Origin: Candidatus Marinacidobacterium sp.
Lineage (GTDB): Bacteria; Acidobacteriota; Vicinamibacteria; Marinacidobacterales; Marinacidobacteraceae
DNA length: 64,000 bases
Direction of reading: 5' to 3'
Assembly (NCBI GenBank): GCA_965204755.1
Contig: OZ242011.1
Span: forward strand, 544,001 to 608,000
In this document: one piece after another, positions 19,020-27,930 of the stretch
Numbering within the stretch: position 1 is the stretch's first letter
Layout of the letters: each line of letters begins with the position of its first letter
Notes under the pieces: model-generated
What the model was told of the DNA's origin: nothing
The model's input: the letters and a program-made list of their open reading frames with translations, nothing else
Databases searched by the model: none
Translations under genes and position numbers: made by a program

Positions 19020-20600
19020 ATGCGAGTCTTCAACACGGACGGGCCGATTCGCCCGGATGAGCACTACTGCGTCCCGCCGCTCGAACGGCTGGACCTGAAG
19101 GGCGTTTACGAACTCATCCGGCTGAAGAAGTACTTCGTCCTCCACGCGCCCCGCCAGACCGGGAAGACCACGACGCTCCGGGCGCTGCGCGACCTGCTGA
19201 ACGAGGGGGCGGCGGGAGATCTTCGGTGCGTCTATGCGAATGTGGAAGGCGGCGAGGCCGAGCGCAACGACATCGGGAGCGCCGTTCGGGGGATCCTGAA
19301 CCTGTTGGCGGACCGGGCGAGAGCCGCCGGCGACGACTCGCTCGCGGGGATTTGGAAGGGGGCGCTGGAGGACGGCGGACCGCTCGACGGGTTGCGATCC
19401 GCGCTGTTCCGCTGGGCGCAGGTATCCCCGAAACCGATCGTGTTGCTCCTGGACGAAATGGATGCACTCGTGGACGACACGCTGCTGTCGGTGCTGCACC
19501 AACTTCGCGCCGGTTACGCCGATCGCCCCGAGGGTTTTCCGCAGAGCGTGGTCCTGTGCGGGTTGCGGGATGTGCGCGCGTACCGGATGCCCCCCGCGGT
19601 CGCCGCGCGGGCGCCCGCGGGGCAGGTCCCGTTCAACATCGTGTCGGAGTCGTTCCGACTCCGCGACTTCGACGAAGCGGAAACGCGCGCGCTGCTCACC
19701 CGACACACGGAGGAAACCGGGCAGGAGTTCGAATCGGAGGCCCTGGAAGCGGTATGGCAACAGACGCAGGGACAGCCCGGGTTGGTGAACGCGATCGCCG
19801 ACGAGGCATGTTTCCGCAGCGAGGCCGGCCGCGACCGGAGTCGGCCCGTCACGGCGGAGGACATCCGCGGCGCCGTGGAAACGCTGATCGTCGGTCGCAA
19901 CGCCCACTTCGACCGACTCGCCGCGGAGTTGCGGGACGAGCGCGTGCGCCGGGTCATCGAACCGGTGCTCACCGGGGCCACCTTGGGAGACGCCTCCGTC
20001 GAGGACATCCGGTATGTGCGGGACTTGGGCCTGACCTTCCCGGACGGGCCGACGCGGATCGCGAATCCCATCTACCGGGAGTTCGTTCCTCGCGAGTTGA
20101 TGCGTACCGTACCGGCGAGCCTTCCGCCGGAGATCCGGTGGTTCGTAACCGAGGACGGGGCGCTCGATGTCGAGGAGTCGCTTTCCCGATTCCAGAAGTA
20201 TTTCCGTGAGCACACCGAACACTCGGAGGAACGGTTCGACTACCCGGAGGCGGAGCCGCACCTGTTGCTGCAGGCGTTCTGCCAGCGGATCGTGGACGAC
20301 GGAGGCCGGGTGGAGCGCGAGTACGGGTTCTGGCGGCAACGGGCGGACCTGCTGCTGGAATGGCCGCGGGGCGAGGGGCGCCGGGACCGTTTCGTGGTGG
20401 AGTGCCGGGTCCTGGGGAAGAGTCGGGAGGCGACCGAGCGGGAGGGCTTGGAGCAGACGATGGCTTACATGGACCAAAGCGGCGCGGCGACGGGCCACCT
20501 GGTGATCTTCGACCGGAGCGGGGAGCGTTCGCGGCGGGAAAAGATCTACCGGCGGGAAGCGGAGCGGGACGGCTTCCCGATCACCATCTGGGGGATGTGA
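19020..20600 (+). CDS. AAA-family ATPase with PD-(D/E)XK-like domain, ExK changed to ECR (family A)
   Basis: ATG 19020 reads MRVFNTDGPI; HAPRQTGKT; RADLLLEW...FVVECR. Confidence 0.86.
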   Translation: MRVFNTDGPIRPDEHYCVPPLERLDLKGVYELIRLKKYFVLHAPRQTGKTTTLRALRDLLNEGAAGDLRCVYANVEGGEAERNDIGSAVRGILNLLADRARAAGDDSLAGIWKGALEDGGPLDGLRSALFRWAQVSPKPIVLLLDEMDALVDDTLLSVLHQLRAGYADRPEGFPQSVVLCGLRDVRAYRMPPAVAARAPAGQVPFNIVSESFRLRDFDEAETRALLTRHTEETGQEFESEALEAVWQQTQGQPGLVNAIADEACFRSEAGRDRSRPVTAEDIRGAVETLIVGRNAHFDRLAAELRDERVRRVIEPVLTGATLGDASVEDIRYVRDLGLTFPDGPTRIANPIYREFVPRELMRTVPASLPPEIRWFVTEDGALDVEESLSRFQKYFREHTEHSEERFDYPEAEPHLLLQAFCQRIVDDGGRVEREYGFWRQRADLLLEWPRGEGRRDRFVVECRVLGKSREATEREGLEQTMAYMDQSGAATGHLVIFDRSGERSRREKIYRREAERDGFPITIWGM

Positions 20601-20653
20601 ACCGAGGCGGGCCGCCGGGCGCGGAGCGGGTCGAGGCGCGATAATCGCGGGCG

Positions 20654-22231
20654 ATGCGGTTCTTCAGGACATCCGGGCCGGTTCACCCGGACAAGCACTA
20701 CGCGATTCCGCCGCTGGAGCGGTTGGACCTCGACGACATCCTTTCGCTCGTTCGCGAAGAGGAGTACTTCGTTCTCCACGCGCCTCGGCAGACCGGGAAG
20801 ACCACGACGCTGCTGGCGCTGTGCGACCTGCTGAACGAGGGGGCGGCAGGCGACCTCCGCTGCGTCTATACCAATGTGGAAGGCAGCCAACCCCGGCGCG
20901 AAGACGCCGGGAGCGCCATCCGGGGGATCCTGAACCAGTTGGCGGACCGCGCCAGAGGCGCCGGCGACGACGCGCTCGCCGGGATTTGGAAGGCGGCCCT
21001 GGAGGACGGCGGCCCGGGCGACGGGTTGCGATCCGCGCTGTCCCGCTGGGCGCAGATCTCCCCGAAACCGATCGTGTTGCTCCTGGACGAAGTGGACGCC
21101 CTCGTCGGCGACACGCTGCTCTCCGTCCTCCGGCAGTTGCGCGCCGGGTACGACCAGAAGCCGAGCAAGTTTCCGCAGAGCGTGGTCCTGTGCGGGTTGC
21201 GGGATGTTCGCGACTACCGGCTGCAGTTCGATCCCGACAAGCCCAGGACCGACAGCGGCAGCCCGTTCAACATCAAGGCGGAGTCGCTGCGTCTCGGGGA
21301 CTTCGACGAGGCGCAGATCCGCGCCCTGTACGCCCAGCACACGGAGGACACCGGGCAGGAGTTCGAGCCGGAGGCGCTGGAAGCGGCGTGGGAACAGACG
21401 CAGGGGCAGCCGTGGTTGGTGAACGCCCTCGCCCGCCAGGCATGTTTCCGCAACGAGGCCGGACGCGACCGGAGTCGGCCGATCACGGCCGAGAACATCC
21501 TGGAGGCCCGCGAAGCGTTGATCCTCCGGCGCGACACCCACCTCGACCAACTCGCCGCGAAGTTGCAAGAAGACCGCGTCCGCCGGGTCATCGAGCCCAT
21601 GCTCAGCGGGGGCCGCGGCCGCGCGACCCAGCCGGACATCCAGTATGCGCGCGACCTCGGACTCATCGCGCGCGACCCCCCGACCCGCATCGCCAACCCG
21701 ATCTACCGGGAGGTCATACCCCGGGAACTCAGCCAGACGGCGCAGGAGGAGTTGACGGTCGAGCCGGCCTGGTATGTCGCCGACGACGGGTCGCTGGATG
21801 TTCCGAAGTTGCTGGCGGGCTTCCAAGAGTACTTCCGGGAGAACTCCGAACACTGGATGGGGCGTTTCGACTACGCCGAGGCCGGGCCGCAACTGCTGCT
21901 GCAGGCGTATTGCCACCGGGTGGTGAACAGCGGGGGCCGAATCGAGCGGGAGTACGCGACCGGCCGGGGCCGGATGGACCTGCTGCTGGAGTGGCCGCGG
22001 GGCGAGGGGCGCCGGGACCGCTTCGTGGTGGAGTGCAAGGTGCTGCACCGGGGGCGGGAGACGACCGAGCGGGAAGGCCTCGAGCAAACGGCCGCCTACA
22101 TGGACCGGAGCGGCGCGAAGGCCGGCCACCTGGTGGTCTTCGACCGCAGCGCAGAGCGTTCGTGGGGGGAAAAGATCTACCGGCGGGAAGCGGAGCGGGA
22201 CGGCCTCCCGATCACCATCTGGGGGATGTAG
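20654..22231 (+). CDS. AAA-family ATPase with PD-(D/E)XK domain (family A)
   Basis: 525-aa ORF with the same motifs and FVVECK. Confidence 0.88.
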   Translation: MRFFRTSGPVHPDKHYAIPPLERLDLDDILSLVREEEYFVLHAPRQTGKTTTLLALCDLLNEGAAGDLRCVYTNVEGSQPRREDAGSAIRGILNQLADRARGAGDDALAGIWKAALEDGGPGDGLRSALSRWAQISPKPIVLLLDEVDALVGDTLLSVLRQLRAGYDQKPSKFPQSVVLCGLRDVRDYRLQFDPDKPRTDSGSPFNIKAESLRLGDFDEAQIRALYAQHTEDTGQEFEPEALEAAWEQTQGQPWLVNALARQACFRNEAGRDRSRPITAENILEAREALILRRDTHLDQLAAKLQEDRVRRVIEPMLSGGRGRATQPDIQYARDLGLIARDPPTRIANPIYREVIPRELSQTAQEELTVEPAWYVADDGSLDVPKLLAGFQEYFRENSEHWMGRFDYAEAGPQLLLQAYCHRVVNSGGRIEREYATGRGRMDLLLEWPRGEGRRDRFVVECKVLHRGRETTEREGLEQTAAYMDRSGAKAGHLVVFDRSAERSWGEKIYRREAERDGLPITIWGM

Positions 22232-22262
22232 CGACGGGGCGCGGCGCGGTCCCGGCAGGCGG

Positions 22263-23246
22263 ATGACGCGCCGGCAACGAAACCCCGCGGCCCGCCCCGT
22301 GCTGCTCGCCGTTCCCAACCTGAGCGAGGGGCGGGACGAGCGGCGGATCGGCGCGCTCGTCCGGGCGGTCGGCGGGACGCTGCTCGACCGGCACTCCGAC
22401 GCCTCCCACCACCGGACGGTGCTCACGCTCGCCGGCGACGAGGAGCGGTTGCGGGAGGCGGCGCTGCGCCTCTTCCGCGCGGCGCTCGAAGAACTCGACC
22501 TGCGGCGGCACCGGGGGGAGCATCCCCGGATCGGGGCGCTCGATGTGCTCCCGGTGGTTCCCCGGCCCGGCGCGGGGATGGAGGACGCCGCTGCCCTCGC
22601 CCGCCGCGTGGCGGAGGAGATCGCGGAGACGCCGGCGGTGGGGATCCCGGTGTTCCTCTACGGCGCCGCCGGGGGCCGGGCGCTGCCGGAGATCCGGCGG
22701 GGGGGGCTCGCCGGGCTGGCGGCGCGGTTGGCGGAAGGCCGGATCGAGCCCGACTTCGGGCCGACGCGGCTCCACCCCGCCGCCGGGGCGGTCGCCGTGG
22801 GGGCGCGCCTCCCGCTGATCGCCTTCAATGTGAACCTGGACACCGACCGGGTGACCCTGGCGCGCCGCATCGCCGCCCGCATCCGGGAGGGCGCGCCGGG
22901 CGGGCTGCCGGCGGTGAGGGCCCTCGGCGTCCGGCGGCGCGCGGGCGAAGAAGACGGGGAGCGGGCGCAGGTCTCGATGAACCTGCTCGACTTCCGCCGC
23001 ACCTCGCTGCGGGACGCGTTCGACCGGGTTCGCCGGGAAGCGGAGGAGGCCGGAGCGGCGGTCGCGGACTCGGAGATCGTGGGGCTGCCCCCGGAGGCGG
23101 CGCTGTGGCCGAGCGCCGAAGCGGACCTCCGCCTCGCCGAGCCGCCCCGCAGCCTCGAAACCGCCCTCGACGAGGCCGGGTTCGGCGAGGCCGGAACGCC
23201 GCCGGACCCCGTTGTACCCTGCCCTCCGGCGAGCGAATCCCGGTGA
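22263..23246 (+). CDS. ftcD: Glutamate formimidoyltransferase
   Basis: VPNLSEGR, DASHHRTV, GEHPRIGALDVLP, GARLPLIAFNVNL, QVSMNL. Confidence 0.9.
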   Translation: MTRRQRNPAARPVLLAVPNLSEGRDERRIGALVRAVGGTLLDRHSDASHHRTVLTLAGDEERLREAALRLFRAALEELDLRRHRGEHPRIGALDVLPVVPRPGAGMEDAAALARRVAEEIAETPAVGIPVFLYGAAGGRALPEIRRGGLAGLAARLAEGRIEPDFGPTRLHPAAGAVAVGARLPLIAFNVNLDTDRVTLARRIAARIREGAPGGLPAVRALGVRRRAGEEDGERAQVSMNLLDFRRTSLRDAFDRVRREAEEAGAAVADSEIVGLPPEAALWPSAEADLRLAEPPRSLETALDEAGFGEAGTPPDPVVPCPPASESR

Positions 23247-23722
23247 AGTGCCCCTACTGCGGCCATCCCAAGGACCGGGTGGTGGACTCGCGGGAGAGCC
23301 GCGAGGGGGAGGTGATCCGGCGGCGGCGGGAGTGCGACGGCTGCGGGAAGCGGTTCACCAGCCACGAGACGGTGGAAGAGATCCCGCTCATGGCGATCAA
23401 GAAGCACGGGGGGCGGGCGCCCTTCGACCGGGAGAAGGTGCTGGCCGGGCTGCGGCGGGCCTGCGGGGCGCGGGTGGCCGAGGAGACGCTGGAGGAGATC
23501 GCCGACCGGGTGGCCGCGGCGGTGGCGGAGAGCCCGGACCGGGAGATGCCCACCAGCGAGATCGGGGCGCTGGTGATGGAGGCGCTCAAGGGGCTCGACC
23601 ATGTGGCGTTCGTGCGGTTCGCCTCGGTGTACCGGGACTTCCAGGACACCCAGGACTTCGTGAAGGAGATCCGGTCGCTGATCCGCAAACGCCGCGGCAA
23701 GCCCCGCCGTCCCCGCGCCTGA
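23243..23722 (+). CDS. nrdR: Transcriptional repressor NrdR
   Basis: KCPYC...VVDSR...IRRRRECDGCGKRFT zinc ribbon, ATP cone, VAFVRFASVYRDF; GTGA overlap with ftcD stop. Confidence 0.95.
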   Translation: MKCPYCGHPKDRVVDSRESREGEVIRRRRECDGCGKRFTSHETVEEIPLMAIKKHGGRAPFDREKVLAGLRRACGARVAEETLEEIADRVAAAVAESPDREMPTSEIGALVMEALKGLDHVAFVRFASVYRDFQDTQDFVKEIRSLIRKRRGKPRRPRA

Positions 23723-23765
23723 CCGGCCCCGGGGCGGCGGCCCCGGGCGCCGAGATCGGACGCCG

Positions 23766-23793
23766 AGAACCGGGGCGCGCCCGATTTCGTTAT
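23766..23793 (+). promoter_or_regulatory. Putative ECF-sigma-type (autoregulatory) promoter
   Basis: GAAC (23767-70), 17-nt spacer, CGTT (23788-91) directly upstream of an ECF sigma gene; matches the AAC...CGT signature of ECF promoters. Confidence 0.55.
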
Positions 23794-23849
23794 CGAACGC
23801 TGACCGGGAGAAGACTGAAGCGCCCTCTACGGACCTCCCGGCCCCCGAT

Positions 23850-24422
23850 GCCGACGCCGACCTCGTCCGCCGCTGCCTCGCCGGGAGCGAACCGGCCTGG
23901 CGCGAGTTCGTGGACCGGTTCCAACGCCCGATCTGGCGCATCGCCTACCGGTTCAGCACCACGGTGGACGACGCCGACGAACTGACCCAGGACATCTTCC
24001 TGCGGCTGCTGACCGTGCTCGCCGGCTACGACCCGACCGGTTCGCTCGGCGCCTGGGTGCGCCGGGTCGCCGGGAACGCGGCGATCGACGAGTGGCGGCG
24101 GAAGCGGCGGTCGCCGGCGCTGGCCTTCGGGGAAGACCTGCCGGAGCCGGTGAGCGAACCGGCGGCCGGGCCCGACGCGGTGGCCGAGCGGCGGGAGGAG
24201 GCCGCCCGGGTCCGGCGGCTGCTCGACGGCCTGCCGGCGGAACTGGCGGAGCCGGTGCTCCTGCGCGACCTCATGGACTGCGACTACCCGGAGATCGCGG
24301 AGCGGCTGGACATCCCGCTGGGCACCGTCAAGTCGCGGATCCACCGGGGGCGGCACGCGCTGGTGGAGGCGCGCCGGAGCCAGGCCGCCGCCTTCGCCGC
24401 GCGGAGGGCGTCGTCGCCGTGA
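23850..24422 (+). CDS. ECF (sigma-70 group 4) RNA polymerase sigma factor; true start unresolved
   Basis: DADELTQDIFLR, WVRRVAGNAAIDEWRR, YPEIAERLDIPLGTVKSRIHRGR. In-frame ADADLVRRCLAGSEPAWREF lies upstream of the first canonical start (GTG 23910). Confidence 0.88.
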   Translation, partial: ADADLVRRCLAGSEPAWREFVDRFQRPIWRIAYRFSTTVDDADELTQDIFLRLLTVLAGYDPTGSLGAWVRRVAGNAAIDEWRRKRRSPALAFGEDLPEPVSEPAAGPDAVAERREEAARVRRLLDGLPAELAEPVLLRDLMDCDYPEIAERLDIPLGTVKSRIHRGRHALVEARRSQAAAFAARRASSP

Positions 24423-25411
24423 CCGGGCGGACGCTCTCCGACCGGGAGATGCGGGACCTCTCCGCGCTGGCCGCCGGGGAACTCCCGGAGGAGGAAGCGC
24501 GGGCGGTCGAGGAGCGCGTCCGGAGGGATCCGGAACTGGCGCGGCGGGTCGCCGCCCTCCGCCGGGCGCGGCGGGCGCTCGCCGACTTCGCGGCGGGGGC
24601 GGACGATCGGGCGGACCACGAAGCGGTTCCCGGCAGCGGGGCGGACGCGGTTCCCGGCGGCGGGGATCGGCCGGAGTTGCGGGAGCGGCTGCTGGCCGCC
24701 ACCCTGCCGGCCTTCCGCCGCCGCTACGCGCCGGCGCCTCCGGAGGTCGGCGGCGCGGACGGGCGGAGGCCCGCCGGGGCGGAAGCCGCCCTCTTCGACC
24801 CGCTGGAGCGCTCGCTCTCCGCGCTGGCCGCCGGGGAACTGCCGGAGGGCGAGGCGCGGCAGGTCCGGGAGCGGATGCGCCGGGAGCCGGAGGTGGCGAG
24901 CCGCTACGGGGACTACTGCCGGGCGCGGCTCGCGCTCGCCGACTTCGCCGCCGCCGCCGAGTCGGTTCCCGGCGGCGGGGGCGCCCGGCCGGAACTGCGC
25001 GACCGGATCCTCGCGGCCACCCTGCCCCCCTTCCGGCGCCGCTTCGCGCGGCGGACCGCCTACTGGCCGGCGTGGCTGGCCGCCGCGGCGGCGCTGCTCC
25101 TGGTCGCCGTCGTCCGCCCGCCGCCGGTCGCGTCGGCGCTGGACCGGCTGTTCGGCGACTCCGGCCGGGTGAGCCGGCTGGCGGAGGCCGCCGCCGACCG
25201 CCGGGGCCGAGCCGCCGCCGAACTGGGCGAGATGCGGGCCGAGTTCGGGGCCGCGCTCGACGACGGGATGGACCGGCTGGGCGACCGGCTGCGGGACTTC
25301 GAGCAGGCCACCCGCGGACGCCGCCGTCCGCCGCCCGCCCCGGAAGCCCCGGGGCCCGCGGGCGAAGGCCGCCCCGCGCCCCCGAACCGGAGAGGAGACA
25401 CCGCTCCATGA
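24419..25411 (+). CDS. Membrane anti-sigma factor with duplicated N-terminal anti-sigma domain
   Basis: GTGA-coupled to the sigma gene; two copies of LSALAAGELPE.EAR.V.ER.RR.PE...RPELR.R.LAATLP.FRRR, followed by a TM helix (WLAAAAALLLVAVV). Confidence 0.7.
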   Translation: MTGRTLSDREMRDLSALAAGELPEEEARAVEERVRRDPELARRVAALRRARRALADFAAGADDRADHEAVPGSGADAVPGGGDRPELRERLLAATLPAFRRRYAPAPPEVGGADGRRPAGAEAALFDPLERSLSALAAGELPEGEARQVRERMRREPEVASRYGDYCRARLALADFAAAAESVPGGGGARPELRDRILAATLPPFRRRFARRTAYWPAWLAAAAALLLVAVVRPPPVASALDRLFGDSGRVSRLAEAAADRRGRAAAELGEMRAEFGAALDDGMDRLGDRLRDFEQATRGRRRPPPAPEAPGPAGEGRPAPPNRRGDTAP

Positions 25412-25956
25412 ACCGTTCCCCCGCCGTCGCCGGCGTCCTCTCCGTGGTCTTCCCCGGCCTCGGCCACTTCTACGCCGGAGCGAACCACCGCGCCGTCGCG
25501 CTGGGCGCGGTCTGCGTGGCCTTCCTCCAGGCGGTGAACCACACCGGCGGCACGCTGCTCATGCTGGCGCTGCCGGCGGTCTGGCTGTTCGGCATCGTGG
25601 ACGCGATCCGGGTCACCGAGGAGACGGCGCGCGCGGCGGCGGCCGGACGGCCGGCCGAGGTCGGGATCGACCGTGACTGGGCGGTGGCGCTGGTCGCCGC
25701 CGGGGTGGTCTGCACCTTCGCGGTAGTCCCCGGGCTGGAGTTCGCCACCCGGCTCTGGCCGCTGGCGCTGGTGGCCATCGGGATCCAGATCCTGCGGGGA
25801 CAGCCGATCCTCCCGCGGGGCCGCGCCGAGGCCGCCGCGCCGGGGGAGGCCCCGCCGGCGCCGCCGCCGCCTCCGGCGGAGGGAGCGGACGCTCCGGTCG
25901 GGGCGCCGTCCGACCTGGCGCCGTCCGAACCTGCCGCGGAAGGCGAAGGGAAGTAA
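25408..25956 (+). CDS. Membrane protein of ECF envelope-stress operon
   Basis: SPAVAGVLSVVFPGLGHFYAG motif, several hydrophobic helices, LWPLALVAIG; SD AGGAG upstream. Confidence 0.7.
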   Translation: MNRSPAVAGVLSVVFPGLGHFYAGANHRAVALGAVCVAFLQAVNHTGGTLLMLALPAVWLFGIVDAIRVTEETARAAAAGRPAEVGIDRDWAVALVAAGVVCTFAVVPGLEFATRLWPLALVAIGIQILRGQPILPRGRAEAAAPGEAPPAPPPPPAEGADAPVGAPSDLAPSEPAAEGEGK

Positions 25957-25963
25957 TCGGAGG

Positions 25964-26161
25964 ATGGCCGAGAAGAACCCCTGGAGCGGCTGGGTCTTGA
26001 TCCTGGTCGGCGTCGTCCTGCTGCTGCACAGTCTGGAAGTCGTGAGCCTGTGGGCCTTGTCCCGCTACTGGCCGCTGGTCCTCATCGCCGTCGGCGTCCG
26101 GCTGGTCGTCCAGGCGCGCGGCGGCCGGACCGGCGGCCCCCCTCCCCCGCCGGGCGCGTGA
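25964..26161 (+). CDS. Small LiaF/LiaI-like (DUF5668-type) membrane protein
   Basis: GWVLILVGVVLLL...YWPLVLIAVGV; SD GGAGG upstream. Confidence 0.7.
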   Translation: MAEKNPWSGWVLILVGVVLLLHSLEVVSLWALSRYWPLVLIAVGVRLVVQARGGRTGGPPPPPGA

Positions 26162-27930
26162 CCCCCGAAGGCGCGGCCGGTCCCCCCGGCGCGGCCGGCC
26201 GCCGGGGGGCCGGCGGCGGCTGCGCCACCGCCTTCGGGCTGGCGCTGATCCTCTTCGGCGGGTTCGCGCTGTGGGTGAACCTGGCGGGGGCGGACGCGCT
26301 GGTCGTCCTCCTGTCGCTCGCCCCGCTCCTCGCGGTGTGGTGGCCGGCGGCGCTGGTGCTCTGGGGGATCGGGAAGGTCGTCCAGCGGCTGGCCACCGGG
26401 CGGAGCCGGATGGGCGCGGGCGAGGTCGTCCTCCTGCTGCTCGTGGTGTTCCTCGGGCTGGCGCTGACCGGGGGACGGCGCCTGCTGGAGGGCCTGGGGC
26501 TGGAAGCGCGGTTCGGCGAAGTGCGGCACTGGGTCGCCGAGCAGGCGGAGCCGCTGCCCCAGCACGCCTTCGTCCGCGAACTCCGGGTGGCCCTGCCGGC
26601 GGAGGGGCCGGCGACGCTCGAGATCGAGTTGCCGGCGGGCGGGGTGATCGTGGAGGCGGTCCCGGCGCCGCCGGGCGGGGCGGAGGCGACCGCCGAAGGC
26701 GCGGGCGCGGCGGAGGCGACTGCCGAAGGCGGGGGCGCGGCGCGGCCGCGGGAGGCGGCGGTGCGGCTGGGGATCCGGGTGCGGGCCGCCGACCGGGCGC
26801 GGGCGGAGGCGCGGGCGGAGCGGATCCGGTTGGTGGAGACCCGGCCCGGCGGTCACCGGGACAGTGACCGGGACGGGGACCGCGGTGGGGACCAAGGCGT
26901 TGTCCGGATCGGGATCGAGGACGAGGGCGGGACCGAAGCCGCCTTCGACCTGACCGTGGAGGCGCCTCCCGGGATCGGGGTGTCGGCGGCCACCGACCGG
27001 GGGGCGGTGCGCATCCGGGGGGCGTTCGCCCGCGTCTCCGCCGAGACCGGCGGCGGGCCGGTGGCCGTCGAAGGGGCTCGGGCCGAAGTGTCCATCGTGG
27101 GGCGGGACGGGCCGGTGCGGGCGGAAGGGCTCGGCGGCGCGTTGACCGTCCGCGCCCGGCGGGCGCCGCTGACCGTGGAGGGGGTCGCCGGGGCGGTCTC
27201 GGTGGAGTCGTCGCGGGCGCCGATGTGGATCTCCTCGGTGGCCGGGCCGGTGACCGTCCGGGCGGACGGGGGGGCGGTGGAAGTCTCCGGGGCCGGGGGG
27301 GCGGTGGAGGTGGACGCGCGGCTCGCGCCGGTGTCGCTGGTCGGGGTGGAGGGCCGGGCGGAAGTGAGCGTGGAATACGGCGGGGTGTTCGCGGTCGGGG
27401 TGGCCGGGGCGCTGGATGTCCGGGCGGAGTCGGGCCGGGTGGAGGCGCGGGGGATCGGCGGCGGCGCGCGGATCACCGCGGGGGCGAAGCCGGTGCTGCT
27501 CGCGGACGCCGCCGGCGAGGTCTTCGTGCAGAGCGCGGGGGAGGCGGACCTGGATGTGCGGCTCGCGGGCGTGTCGGCGACAGGCGGGGCGACGGGCGGG
27601 TCGGCGACCGGCGAGTCGGCGACGGGCGAGCCCGCGTTCGGCGGGCCGGCGTTCGGCGGGCCGGTGACGCTGACGACCGGGGGCGGCGATGTCTGGCTGG
27701 AGTTGCCCCCGGCGGGGGCCTTCGCGCTGAGCGCGGAGGTGGCGGGCGCGGTCGGCGCGGGGGAGGTGGAGAGCGACGAGGCGCTCGGCGAGGTATCGCG
27801 GGTCGGGGAAGGCGGCGCGGCTCGGTGGACCGGGTTGCTCGGGACGGGGGGAGCGGGGGATCCGGCGCCGGTGTCCGTGCGCACCGGCGGGGGCGATTTC
27901 ACGATCCGCGCGGCGGGCCCGGAGCGATGA
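26158..27930 (+). CDS. DUF4097-type beta-strand repeat protein with N-terminal TM region
   Basis: Three N-terminal hydrophobic helices (WWPAALVLWG), then many G.V.V....G.V repeats; GTGA coupling. Confidence 0.72.
   Translation: MTPEGAAGPPGAAGRRGAGGGCATAFGLALILFGGFALWVNLAGADALVVLLSLAPLLAVWWPAALVLWGIGKVVQRLATGRSRMGAGEVVLLLLVVFLGLALTGGRRLLEGLGLEARFGEVRHWVAEQAEPLPQHAFVRELRVALPAEGPATLEIELPAGGVIVEAVPAPPGGAEATAEGAGAAEATAEGGGAARPREAAVRLGIRVRAADRARAEARAERIRLVETRPGGHRDSDRDGDRGGDQGVVRIGIEDEGGTEAAFDLTVEAPPGIGVSAATDRGAVRIRGAFARVSAETGGGPVAVEGARAEVSIVGRDGPVRAEGLGGALTVRARRAPLTVEGVAGAVSVESSRAPMWISSVAGPVTVRADGGAVEVSGAGGAVEVDARLAPVSLVGVEGRAEVSVEYGGVFAVGVAGALDVRAESGRVEARGIGGGARITAGAKPVLLADAAGEVFVQSAGEADLDVRLAGVSATGGATGGSATGESATGEPAFGGPAFGGPVTLTTGGGDVWLELPPAGAFALSAEVAGAVGAGEVESDEALGEVSRVGEGGAARWTGLLGTGGAGDPAPVSVRTGGGDFTIRAAGPER

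Noticed and set aside
1-22231. Diversity-generating retroelement or integron explaining the paralog arrays
   Set aside because: No reverse transcriptase or integron integrase, no adenine-specific TR/VR pattern noticed, and no attC-like GTTRRRY-bounded sites recognised in the spacers.
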